A DNA stretch of 64,000 bases. Source: Leptonemataceae bacterium (GTDB lineage: Bacteria; Spirochaetota; Leptospiria; Leptospirales; Leptonemataceae). The position numbers and the translations under genes were made by a program. Positions 41,533 to 50,731 of this stretch are shown in pieces. Positions within the stretch are counted from its first letter, which is position 1, and each line of letters starts with the position of its first letter. The notes beneath the pieces were generated by a model. It saw only the letters and a list, made by a program, of their open reading frames with translations. It made no database searches and was not told the DNA's origin. The stretch spans positions 2,400,001-2,464,000 of the forward strand of contig OZ245742.1 of assembly GCA_965227295.1 (NCBI GenBank), written 5' to 3'.

Positions 41533-41877
41533 CTACAGGCCGAACATCTTTTCCATGCCGGGGATGGGAAAACCGCCGGTTACGTTTTTCATTTCGTGGG
41601 ACACGGCTTCCCGGGCGCGCCGGTTCGCCTCGTTCAGCGCCGAGATGATCAGTTCTTCCACCATGGCCTTTTCATCCGGCACCAGCAGCGCCGGGTCGAT
41701 GTCCACGTTCTTGACCTGGCCGTCGCCGGAGACGGTGACCTTCACCATGCCGGCCCCGGCTTCGCCGGTGATGGACATGCGGGACAGGCGTTCGCGCATC
41801 TGCTCCACCTGGTTTTTCATGTCGCCCAGGTTTTTGCCCAGGTTCTTAAAGAGATCCGAAAAGTTAAAATCACTCAT
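41533..41877 (-). CDS. ybaB: YbaB/EbfC nucleoid-associated protein
   Basis: GEAGAGMVKV, EELIISALNEA; lies between dnaX and recR. Confidence 0.93.
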   Translation of the reverse strand: MSDFNFSDLFKNLGKNLGDMKNQVEQMRERLSRMSITGEAGAGMVKVTVSGDGQVKNVDIDPALLVPDEKAMVEELIISALNEANRRAREAVSHEMKNVTGGFPIPGMEKMFGL

Positions 41878-43168
41878 GTTGGCCGTCTCCCCCGCTGTCC
41901 GGCGAATCCAGGTCCGGTGCGTCGTTTACCACGGTTCCCAGGAATTGTTTTTGCAGTTCGAACTCCGGGTTGTACTCCGGGCCGCCCTGCATGGCCGCCG
42001 ACAGTTTGTTGAGTTTCTTTATGACGCCGCTCACCGACGGGCGGCTCAATTTTTCTTTAAGCGCGATCAGTTCAATCTCCACCAGCACGCGGGTTTCGTA
42101 GGAGTTGCGCAGGCGCAGCGCAAATGATTTCGTGAGCAGTGAGTAGACGCCTTCGAAGATCGTCGTGAGCCGCACGGCGTCGAGCTCACTCAGTCTTTCC
42201 TGGAGCGTGTGGATCTCGGGGCCGGGAATGCCCAGAAACTCCGGATCGTCCACGCCCCGGCGGACGTGAATGGCCATGCGCAGAAAGTCCAGATACTCCC
42301 AGATGAAACGCCCCAGGTCGCCGCCGGAAGCGAAGACCTCGTGGATGGGCTGCAAAAGATCGTTCTGCGAATCGCCTGTGCCGTGGAGTTGTTCGGTGAG
42401 TTCCAGGAATAATTCCAGCGGGACGTGGCCGGTCAGTTCCTTCACTTTCGCGGCCTCGAGTTTGTCCCCGCAGTAGGTGATGGCCTGTTCCATAAACGAC
42501 AGGCTGTCGCGCACGGAGCCGTCGCCGCGCCGGGCGATCCAGAACAACGCCTCGTCCTCGGCGCCGATGCCCTCGCGTTCGCACAGCTCGCGCAGGTAGT
42601 TCTGAATGATCTTAAGTGGAACTTTTCGAAAGTTAAAGACCTGGCAGCGCGAGAGAATCGTTTCGGGGATTTTGTTCAGCTCGGTGGTGGCCAGAATGAA
42701 CATGACGTGCGGCGGCGGCTCTTCGAGGGTTTTCAGCAGGGCATTGAACGACTCGGTGGTGAGCATGTGGACTTCATCGATGATGTAGACCTTCTTGCGG
42801 GAGACCATGGGCTGGAACTTAACGTTCTCACGCAGTTCGCGCACGTGCTGGATGCCGCGGTGCGAGGCCGCGTCGATCTCCATGACGTCGAGGGAGTTGC
42901 CGGAGAGAATTGCGAGACACGATTCGCAGGCGTTGCAGGGTTCGCCGTCGTCACCGGGACTGAGGCAGTTCACGCGTTTGGCCAGCAGACGGGCGATGGT
43001 GGTTTTGCCCACACCCCGCGGACCGAAGAAGAGATACGCCGAGCCCAGGCGACCGGAGTCGAAGGCATTGCGCAACGCCCGCACGGCGGTCTGTTGTTCT
43101 ACGACTTCGCTGAACTTCTGCGGCCGGTACTTCCGGGCCAGGACGAGGTGAGGAGTGGTGGATTCCAT
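41870..43168 (-). CDS. dnaX: DNA polymerase III subunit gamma/tau
   Basis: LARKYRP, GPRGVGKTT, zinc Cys, EIDAAS, DEVHML, SRC. Confidence 0.96.
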   Translation of the reverse strand: MESTTPHLVLARKYRPQKFSEVVEQQTAVRALRNAFDSGRLGSAYLFFGPRGVGKTTIARLLAKRVNCLSPGDDGEPCNACESCLAILSGNSLDVMEIDAASHRGIQHVRELRENVKFQPMVSRKKVYIIDEVHMLTTESFNALLKTLEEPPPHVMFILATTELNKIPETILSRCQVFNFRKVPLKIIQNYLRELCEREGIGAEDEALFWIARRGDGSVRDSLSFMEQAITYCGDKLEAAKVKELTGHVPLELFLELTEQLHGTGDSQNDLLQPIHEVFASGGDLGRFIWEYLDFLRMAIHVRRGVDDPEFLGIPGPEIHTLQERLSELDAVRLTTIFEGVYSLLTKSFALRLRNSYETRVLVEIELIALKEKLSRPSVSGVIKKLNKLSAAMQGGPEYNPEFELQKQFLGTVVNDAPDLDSPDSGGDGQHE

Positions 43169-43180
43169 ATATTATTTAGA

Positions 43181-43292
43181 ACTCCGAGGACCGCGGGGCC
43201 GAGGTTTCTTTAGGGAGGATGGTCGCAGGGAGAGCGCATGCAGGTTCTGGTTGCTCTCCGGTTCTGTTTCTCGGTACCTCGGCCCTCGGAGT
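43181..43292. repeat. Intergenic element with ~24-bp imperfect inverted arms (copy B)
   Basis: ACTCCGAGGACCGCGGGGCCGAGG (43181-43204) ... TCTCGGTACCTCGGCCCTCGGAGT (43269-43292). Confidence 0.75.
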
Positions 43293-43368
43293 TCCATCGT
43301 ATTTAATAAGAACCGCGCGAACCCGCAAGATGGTTGTCCCGTGCTCTGCGGTCAAGAAAATGGACGGC

Positions 43369-43941
43369 ATGGCATCGATCGCGGTTATCGCCGGTCTGGG
43401 CAATCCCGGAGAGAAGTATCGCATGACGCGGCACAACGCGGGCTTTCTGGTCGTGGAGGAACTGGCGCGCCGTCTGAACGTTCCATTGAGCGATCAGAAA
43501 TGGAAGGCCGAGTTCGGTCGCGGACGGGCGCGGGTACCCCGGGGCGACGGGAGTGAGATAACCTGCGACGTGGTGCTGCTGAAACCCCTGGACTTCATGA
43601 ATCACAGCGGACGTTCGGTGGGCCCGGCGCTGAAATTCTTTCAGGCCGGAGTGGACGATCTGCTCGTGGTGCACGACGAAAGTGAGATTGCCTTCGCCGA
43701 ACTGCGAACCAAGGTCGGTGGCGGCCACAAGGGGCACAACGGCCTGCGGGACATCATCGATCAGACCGGCTCCCGGGATTTCCATCGCTTGCGGGTGGGC
43801 GTCGGCCGGCCTGCCGAGGGCCGCGGCCTGGCCGATTACCTGCTGGGGCCTTTCAGCAAGGACGAGCAGGGCGAACTCCCCCATCTTGTGGACCGCGCCG
43901 TGGATGAGTCTCTCAAATGGCTGGCTGCCCGGGCCGGCTGA
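43369..43941 (+). CDS. pth: Peptidyl-tRNA hydrolase
   Basis: GLGNPG..Y..TRHNAGF, KP..FMN.SG, VHDE, GHNGL, RLRVGVGRP. Confidence 0.95.
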   Translation: MASIAVIAGLGNPGEKYRMTRHNAGFLVVEELARRLNVPLSDQKWKAEFGRGRARVPRGDGSEITCDVVLLKPLDFMNHSGRSVGPALKFFQAGVDDLLVVHDESEIAFAELRTKVGGGHKGHNGLRDIIDQTGSRDFHRLRVGVGRPAEGRGLADYLLGPFSKDEQGELPHLVDRAVDESLKWLAARAG

Positions 43942-44093
43942 ACGTTTGCGGCCTGTGAATCCTTCCCACCCCGGCAAACTCTGCCGAAATCTCCTGATTC
44001 CGCCTGCCTCCGGCGCAAAAATTCATTGCGATTTTAGTGAGGTCTCATCAATATTTAGTGAGCATATGCAGGTGCATTTGCGTCGGATAAGGC

Positions 44094-44414
44094 ATGGCGT
44101 CACAGGCTGGAACACAACATCGGAACCTCGAACTCCGCACCGAGGCCAAGCTGGAGTACTGGGACGAAAGCTATCCTGATCACTGTCGCACGCTGTACGC
44201 GGACTGGATGCGGGCCGGAGCGCGGCAAGAGGACGGCCAGGTCATCTGGAGACAAATGGCCCGGCAGGAACTGAACCGGAACCGCGGCCTGGCCCTCTAT
44301 CTCCGCGAGCGCCTGGGCGCCGGCGACGACGCCGAGCGGCGTCTCATCCAGGATGTGATCCGTTCTCCCGAGCATACCTCGTCGAGCTACCACTCGGTTC
44401 CGTCCGGGGTTTGA
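44094..44414 (+). CDS. Hypothetical protein
   Basis: 106-aa ORF with genome-like GC3 usage; no motif; lies immediately upstream of the tandem repeat array. Confidence 0.55.
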   Translation: MASQAGTQHRNLELRTEAKLEYWDESYPDHCRTLYADWMRAGARQEDGQVIWRQMARQELNRNRGLALYLRERLGAGDDAERRLIQDVIRSPEHTSSSYHSVPSGV

Positions 44415-44438
44415 TTTTGTGGTACGCCGGTGCCACAA

Positions 44439-45494
44439 CTCTTGAACTATCGGAAAGTTTTATTTGTTCGAGTACGCCCCGAATCGTGATGTAAGTTGCG
44501 GACAGTGTGCATTAAGGCCTTTATGGTTACGGCTGGTTCCAGCAGATGAGCGGAGGTCATGCCGGGGAATGTGGTAAGGCGCACCGGAACGGCGTCTTCG
44601 CCGTAGGAAACGCTCCGGTAGCTGAGTCACAAACCGACGTCCGGTGTCGGCAAGGCCCCGCTTGTTGGGGCCGCGGCAGTTGGTTCCCCACTGGCGGACT
44701 ATCTTAACAAGACGAAAAACCACAACTCCCGCTTCGCTGTAGCCAAAAAAGCCCTTCACGATTGCGCAATTTAGCTGATGTTTCTCGCGGCAACCGCTGC
44801 GAACCGCAGCTCTTGATCTACCGGAAAGTTTTATTCGTTCGAGTACGCCCCGAATCGTGGTGTAAGTTGCGGCCAGTTTGGATTAAGACTTTTATTGGTA
44901 CAGCTGGTTCCAGGCGACCACGGAGGTCATGCCGGGGAATGTGGTAAGGCGCACCGGAACGGCGTCTTCGTCGCAAGAAACGTTGCGGGAGCTGAGTCAC
45001 AATCCGACGTCCGGGTCGAACACAGCGTTCTTAGCAAAACGAAAATCCACAACTCCCGCTTCGCCGTAGCCAAAAAAAGCCCTTCAACGTTTTACGACTT
45101 ACTTCACGTTCCTCACGGCAACCGCTGCGAACCGCAGCTCTTGAACTACCGGAAAGTTTTATTCGTTCGAGTATGCCCCGAATCGTGGTGTAAGTTGCGG
45201 CCAGTGTGCATTAAGGCCTTTATGGTTACGGCTCGTTCCAGGCGACCACGGAGGTTGTGCCGGGGAATGTGGTACGGCGCACCGGAACGGCGTCTTCGCC
45301 GTAGGAAACGCTGCGGGAGTTGAGTCGTTAACCGACGTCCGGGTCGAGGCGGACTATCTTAACAAAACGAAAATCCACAACTCCCGCAAAGCTGTAGCCA
45401 AATCAACCCCTCAGCCATTGCGCAACTTACTTTATGTGTCTCACGGCAAACGCCGTGAACCGCAGCTCTTGAACTACCGAAAACGTTTGATTTG
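44439..45494 (+). repeat. Tandem array of three long non-coding units (371, 328, 328 bp) plus a partial fourth; candidate structured RNA
   Basis: Unit start CTCTTGA(A/T)CTA(C/T)CG(G/A)AAA recurs at 44439, 44810, 45138 and 45466; long shared blocks between units; no conserved ORF. Confidence 0.9.
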
Positions 45495-45510
45495 CTTCGA
45501 GGAGTATCCT

Positions 45511-46311
45511 TCAGCGCAAATCGTATTCGTCCACGAAGCCGGCGACGGCGTCGAAGTATTTGTCGACGTGCATAAGAATGTCGTTGTGTCCCGCGTCCAG
45601 GATGCACTTGCGTTTACGATCATGGGGCACGGCTTCGAAGTTTTCTTCGGCCTGTTCCGGCGGGAGCAGGTAATCACTCGCGCCGTGGATGATCAGAACC
45701 GGTAACTGTAACTCTTTTAATTTTAAGTGATTCGAGAATTCCGTGTAGAGGCGCTGCTCGTGTTCGCCGGCATCGATCTGAAAGAGACGCAGCAGGTGGC
45801 GTACATCGCTGAAGCCGCTTTCCAGGATGAGGCTGCTGAAGCGTTCGGACATCTCCCGGGCGAGCAATGCCGCCGGCCCGCTGCCCAACGAACGGCCGAA
45901 GAGAATCGGCCGCGGGGCCCCGGAGTCCGCCGCCCCGAGTTGCGCGAGCTCGTTCAGGAAAAACTCGGCGGCGGGAATCGCATCCGAGCGCAGGTTCCGC
46001 GGCGTGGGTTTGCCGTCGCTCCAGCCGTAGCCGCGATAGTCGACCATGAACAGGTTCAATCGAATGCGATGATAGTACGGCGCGATGGCGTCATAGTCGG
46101 AGACGATCTCGCCGTTGCCGTGAAACGCAAAGACCGTCGGCCACGCCGGATCGGCGAGATACCAGCGCGCGCCCAGGGAGGTCGTGTCTTCTACGGGGAT
46201 GTCATAGTCGCGAGCGTTCGGCGGCGGATCGTTCCGGAACTTGCGAGGAAAAAAGATCGCCGCGGCAAACTCGGGATCACTGAGGAATTGTTCGTAACTT
46301 CTGCCGGGCAT
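45511..46311 (-). CDS. Alpha/beta hydrolase (ABHD/BEM46-like)
   Basis: FHGNGE, DYRGYG, GRSLG, IHGASD, AGHND. Confidence 0.9.
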   Translation of the reverse strand: MPGRSYEQFLSDPEFAAAIFFPRKFRNDPPPNARDYDIPVEDTTSLGARWYLADPAWPTVFAFHGNGEIVSDYDAIAPYYHRIRLNLFMVDYRGYGWSDGKPTPRNLRSDAIPAAEFFLNELAQLGAADSGAPRPILFGRSLGSGPAALLAREMSERFSSLILESGFSDVRHLLRLFQIDAGEHEQRLYTEFSNHLKLKELQLPVLIIHGASDYLLPPEQAEENFEAVPHDRKRKCILDAGHNDILMHVDKYFDAVAGFVDEYDLR

Positions 46312-46328
46312 ACTTTAACAATCTTTCC

Positions 46329-46438
46329 ACTCCGAGGACCGAGTTACCGAGTCAAGAAAACCGAGCGCCGTCATAGCCCGCGTGCTTGAAGCAAACGAAA
46401 GCCTCCACAAAAAACCTCGGCCCCTCGGTCCTCGGAGT
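46329..46438. repeat. Intergenic element with ~24-bp imperfect inverted arms (copy C)
   Basis: ACTCCGAGGACCGAGTTACCGAGT (46329-46352) ... CCTCGGCCCCTCGGTCCTCGGAGT (46415-46438). Confidence 0.75.
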
Positions 46439-46455
46439 CGGATCTTTTACAGAAT

Positions 46456-47676
46456 TCAGTCGTCGTTCTGATAGATCTTTTTCAGATCACCCGCGATGTT
46501 TTTTTGCATGGCCTCGTTCGTGCCGCCGCCGATGCTCAGTAGAATGGCGTCGCGCAGCATACGTTCCACCGGATACTCGCGGATGTAACCGTAGCCGCCC
46601 AGGACCTGGATGGCGTTGCGTGCCACGCGTTCGGCCATGTTCGTGGCGACGAGTTTCGCGGACGCGGCGCCGAGAGAATTGCGCGAGTCCGGATTGAGCT
46701 TCGCGGCGACGTCGTAGACCAGGGTCTTCGCGGCCAGGTAGTCCGCGTAGCTCTCGGAGAGGAGTCGCTGGATTTGCCCGTGATCCACGAGGGCTTTGCC
46801 GAAAGACTTGCGATCGTTAATGGAATAGTTCGCCATCTCGTCGATGCAGCGCCGGGCGATGCCGATGGACTGCGCCGCCAGCGTGACGCGTTCGATCTCC
46901 AGATTGCGCATCATCGATTTGACGCCTTTGTTCTCGGCGCCCAGTAAGTTCTCCGCGGGAACTTCTAAGTCCTCGAAGTACAGGACGCAGGTGTTCGAGG
47001 CCTTCATACCCATCTTGCGCTCTTTCTTGCCGACCTGAAAGCCCGGCCACGCGCTCTCAATGAGGAAGGTGGTCATGGCCTTTTCGTTCGGATCCAGCTT
47101 TGCGTAGATGCAGAAGTAGTCGCCGACGTCGCCGTTCGTAATGAACTGCTTCGCCCCGTTGAGCACGTAGCGATCGCCCTTCTTCACGGCGGTGGTGCTC
47201 ATGCCCAGGACGTCCGTGCCGACGGAGGGTTCGGTCATGCCCATGCCGCCGACCTTCGAACCGTCCAGGACGCCCGGCAGGTACCGGCGGCGCTGTTCAT
47301 CGTTCGCGTTCACGAACATGTTGTTCACGAAGAGTACCTCGTGGGCGAGGTACGAGAGCGTAAACGCCGGATCGGTGCGGGACAGCTCCTCATGCACAAT
47401 GCACTCGGCCACGGCGTCCATGCCGGCCCCGCCGTACTCCTCGGGGACCGTGAGGCCGAAGAGGCCCAGTTCGGAGCCCAGGCGCCGGAAGAGTTCGATG
47501 TTGAAGGTCTCCGACTCGTCGTATTGCTCCGCCTGGGCTTCGACTTCGCTCAGGCTGAATTTTTCCACCATCTCCCGGAGTTCCCGATGCGCGGGAGTAG
47601 GGTTGAACAGATCGTGGGTGTCTTTTTCGAGATTTTCCGGGGATGCTTGCGGGGAATTTGCTGCGATGGCCGTCAT
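46456..47676 (-). CDS. Acyl-CoA dehydrogenase (isovaleryl-CoA dehydrogenase-like)
   Basis: GMTEPSVGTD, NGAKQFITNG, KMGMKAS, LEIERV, IQVLGGYGY, IGGGTNE. Confidence 0.92.
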   Translation of the reverse strand: MTAIAANSPQASPENLEKDTHDLFNPTPAHRELREMVEKFSLSEVEAQAEQYDESETFNIELFRRLGSELGLFGLTVPEEYGGAGMDAVAECIVHEELSRTDPAFTLSYLAHEVLFVNNMFVNANDEQRRRYLPGVLDGSKVGGMGMTEPSVGTDVLGMSTTAVKKGDRYVLNGAKQFITNGDVGDYFCIYAKLDPNEKAMTTFLIESAWPGFQVGKKERKMGMKASNTCVLYFEDLEVPAENLLGAENKGVKSMMRNLEIERVTLAAQSIGIARRCIDEMANYSINDRKSFGKALVDHGQIQRLLSESYADYLAAKTLVYDVAAKLNPDSRNSLGAASAKLVATNMAERVARNAIQVLGGYGYIREYPVERMLRDAILLSIGGGTNEAMQKNIAGDLKKIYQNDD

Positions 47677-47784
47677 ATCCAGTAAGGAATAAGGATTCCG
47701 TCGCGGAAGTCTACTTTTTTCCGTACGGCCCGCGTTTCTACTTTCCACACTACGGAGGCCCGAAAGCCTGGATCCGTCGCTCTT

Positions 47785-48165
47785 ATGTTCTCAGGGATGT
47801 CTCTGCCACTGTTCATCGCGGCCATTGCCGATGCCGTGATCGTCGTCGCGCTCCACGCTTACCTCGGTCGACTCTACCGGAACGCTCTGACGAGCATCGA
47901 AGAGAAGAACGCCGGCTTCTGGTTTTACTATCGCGAGGCCATGCGCCGCGTCCTGTCCGGCCGACCGGGCTCCGGCGAGTGGTTGATCTGCGTGCACTAC
48001 ATCGCGCTGCATCTTCTCGTGCCCTTGCTGGGCTTCGGTCTATTTCTGAGAACGGACGGAAACTTCATCGTAGTCATCCTTACCGTCTTCTGGAGTGTGC
48101 AGTTGGTGCAGCGTCTCTTTCCCGGCAACGACGACGAGGAAACGGCGCACGAGCCGAAGCATTGA
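47785..48165 (+). CDS. Hypothetical membrane protein
   Basis: Three hydrophobic segments; fills the gap upstream of etfB. Confidence 0.55.
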   Translation: MFSGMSLPLFIAAIADAVIVVALHAYLGRLYRNALTSIEEKNAGFWFYYREAMRRVLSGRPGSGEWLICVHYIALHLLVPLLGFGLFLRTDGNFIVVILTVFWSVQLVQRLFPGNDDEETAHEPKH

Positions 48166-48322
48166 CGGGATTTCCCGGGATGCCCCGGGGAATTTCATTG
48201 ACCGGGCATCTCCTTACAAAATCGTTGCACTCCCGGAGCGGGCGTTTCGACGTACCGCTTTTGTTGTGTTTTTACCAATATAACGCTCGCAAATACTACA
48301 TTCACAGGAGACATAGCCCCTC

Positions 48323-49084
48323 ATGAATATCTTCGTACTGGTGAAGCAGGTCCCCGATACCGAAACCCGAATTAAGACTCAGGGCACGGGCATCGACGAA
48401 AACGGGATCAAGTGGATCGTATCCCCCTTCGATGAGCACGCTCTGGAAGAAGCGCTGCGTCAGAAAGAAAAAGCCGGCGCCACGGTTACGGCCGTTTCCC
48501 TCGGACCGGCCCGCTGTGTAGAAGCGCTGCGCACCGCGTACGCCCTCGGCGTGGACAACGCAATTCACCTGAAAGAAGACGAGTACAATGTCTTCGACGT
48601 GAACCACACCGCCGCCACCCTGGCCGCCTTCTTAAAGGACGCGGGTGCCGACGTCATCCTGTCCGGTCACATCGCCATTGACTCCCAGTCCTCCATGGTT
48701 CCGGCCATGATCGCCGAGCGCCTGGGCGTCGCAAACATCAACAACGCCATCGAGCTCAGCATCGACGGCGGCAAAGTAAAGGTTAAACGCGAGATCGAAG
48801 GCGGCACCGCCGAGATGGAATCGGCCACGCCGGTGGTCATTACGGCTGCCAAGAACCTGAACGATCCGCGGTACCCGTCGCTCAAGGGCATCATGGCTTC
48901 CAAGAAGAAGAAGATCGAAGAGAAGTCCGCCGCGGATCTCGGTGTGGATGCTCCGAAGATCGAAATGCTGAACATGGAACCGCCGCCTCCGCGTCCCCCG
49001 GGACGCATCGTCGAAGGCGACTCTCCGGAAGCGAAGGCCGCCGAGGTGGTTAAGGCCCTGCGCGACGAAGCGAAGGTCGTTTAA
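48323..49084 (+). CDS. etfB: Electron transfer flavoprotein beta subunit
   Basis: VKQVPD, FDEHALEEAL, REIEGG, PRYPSLKGIM. Confidence 0.95.
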   Translation: MNIFVLVKQVPDTETRIKTQGTGIDENGIKWIVSPFDEHALEEALRQKEKAGATVTAVSLGPARCVEALRTAYALGVDNAIHLKEDEYNVFDVNHTAATLAAFLKDAGADVILSGHIAIDSQSSMVPAMIAERLGVANINNAIELSIDGGKVKVKREIEGGTAEMESATPVVITAAKNLNDPRYPSLKGIMASKKKKIEEKSAADLGVDAPKIEMLNMEPPPPRPPGRIVEGDSPEAKAAEVVKALRDEAKVV

Positions 49085-49128
49085 TCGCACACCATTTCGA
49101 ACAGGAAGTTATACAGGAGTAATCAACA

Positions 49129-50067
49129 ATGGCAGTACTTGCAGTCGCCGAACTCAAAGGCGAAGATCTTAAGAAAGTCTCAAAAGAACTCGTTTCCGCG
49201 GGCCGCAAGATCAGCGATCAGGTGATCGCCCTTCTGATCAACGGTACCGACGCTCACGCAAAAGAACTCTTCGAAGCCGGCGCCGATATCGTCGTGAAAA
49301 ACGGCACCGCCGAATACAGCCCGCAGGGTTACGCGAACGTGGCCGCCGCGGTGGCTCAGGAAAAGGGCGTGAAGGTCGTCCTCGCTCCGCATTCCGTACA
49401 GGGCAAAGACTTCGCCGGCCGCCTGGCCGTGAAGCTGAACGCCACCCTGGCCGCGGACGTGGTGGAAATCAAAGGTTCCGAAGACGCGGTGGAAATTCGT
49501 AAGCCGGTGTACTCCGGTAAAGCCTACGCGAACATGAAGCTGAGCGGCGGCGCGGTGGTTACCATTCGCCCGAACTCTCAGGAAATCATCAGCCACTCCG
49601 GCCCGGAGACCATTGAATCTTCCGACGCCGGCGAGGGCGAAGTTACCGCACGCCTGGCCAACATTGACGGCGCCGCGGGCACCAAGATTCAGCTCACCGA
49701 AGCTCCGATCATCGTATCCGGTGGTCGCGGCATCAAGGGCCCGGAAAACTGGCCGCTGCTTCAGGAACTCTGCGACACCATCGGTGCCGCCCTGGGCGCC
49801 AGCCGTGCCGCTGTAGACGCCGGCTGGATCGATCATGCGCATCAGGTCGGCCAGACCGGTAAAACGGTCTCCCCGAACTGTTATATTGCTTGCGGGATCT
49901 CGGGAGCGATCCAGCATCTGGCGGGCATGGGTTCCTCGAAAGTGATCGTCGCGGTCAACAAGGACCCGGAAGCCCCCATCTTCAAAGTGGCAACGTACGG
50001 GGTTGTGGATGATCTCTTTCAGGTGGTTCCGGCACTCACCGCCGAGTTCAAAAAAGTTCTCGGCTGA
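49129..50067 (+). CDS. etfA: Electron transfer flavoprotein alpha subunit
   Basis: [45 protein letters not shown]. Confidence 0.96.
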   Translation: MAVLAVAELKGEDLKKVSKELVSAGRKISDQVIALLINGTDAHAKELFEAGADIVVKNGTAEYSPQGYANVAAAVAQEKGVKVVLAPHSVQGKDFAGRLAVKLNATLAADVVEIKGSEDAVEIRKPVYSGKAYANMKLSGGAVVTIRPNSQEIISHSGPETIESSDAGEGEVTARLANIDGAAGTKIQLTEAPIIVSGGRGIKGPENWPLLQELCDTIGAALGASRAAVDAGWIDHAHQVGQTGKTVSPNCYIACGISGAIQHLAGMGSSKVIVAVNKDPEAPIFKVATYGVVDDLFQVVPALTAEFKKVLG

Positions 50068-50107
50068 GCATCGTGGAAAACGCGGCGTCGTTTGGGCGCC
50101 GCGATCC

Positions 50108-50677
50108 GTGATTTTCTTCTCTTTAATTGCAGGGCTGGTGCTTGCGTTCGCAACGCCGGCCCTTTATTCGCAGTCCGCGCCGCGGGAAGTACAGGCCGTC
50201 GTCCAGAAGATGGCCTCCCTCGGTAGTTTCCGCGCGAACGTCAGCATCGGCGGTGCGTCGGGTGTCCTGTCTTACTCCCGCGGTAAATTTCACTTAAAAC
50301 TCGGCGACGGTCGGGTAATTGCGAGCAACGGCCGCACCGTGGTCGTCTACAATCCCGCGAGCCGGGTGGCCGGAAAGCAACCGGTGGGCGGCGGCGGCGG
50401 ATTGGGCTGGTTACTCAGCGGTTTTGACTATCGTGTCGCGGGCAATCAGGCGACGGGGCGTGCCATCAACGGTTCCGCCCGGGTGTCCGAGGTAAAAATT
50501 GCCTGGAGCAGCGAGTACGTGCTGACGAAGCTGTCCATGAAGCGGCAGGACAGCGACTCGTGGTTTACGATTACGCTGCGGAACGTGCGTCCCGTTACGG
50601 GCTTTCCGGCCGCGCTCTTTTCGTACAAGCCCCCGGCGGGTTCACGAACGGTGGAGAACCCGCTCAACCGCAACTGA
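50108..50677 (+). CDS. LolA-like outer-membrane lipoprotein carrier
   Basis: Signal peptide; SFRAN, SNGRTVVVYNP, C-terminal FSYKPPAG; start approximate. Confidence 0.6.
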   Translation: MIFFSLIAGLVLAFATPALYSQSAPREVQAVVQKMASLGSFRANVSIGGASGVLSYSRGKFHLKLGDGRVIASNGRTVVVYNPASRVAGKQPVGGGGGLGWLLSGFDYRVAGNQATGRAINGSARVSEVKIAWSSEYVLTKLSMKRQDSDSWFTITLRNVRPVTGFPAALFSYKPPAGSRTVENPLNRN

Positions 50678-50731
50678 TCAACCAAACCCCGTTGCACTCC
50701 GGGCGCGCGTGCGCCGACAATCATCAGGCAG

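Noticed and set aside
44439..45494. CRISPR array or type I toxin-antitoxin (LDR-like) repeats
   Set aside because: Units are ~330 bp and similar along their length, with no short repeat/unique spacer pattern, no cas genes and no conserved small hydrophobic ORF
44460..45607. ORFs called inside the repeat array (e.g. 44460-44759, 44818-45000, 44895-45323)
   Set aside because: Frames and stops differ between units, and the Arg-rich translations look like translated non-coding repeat
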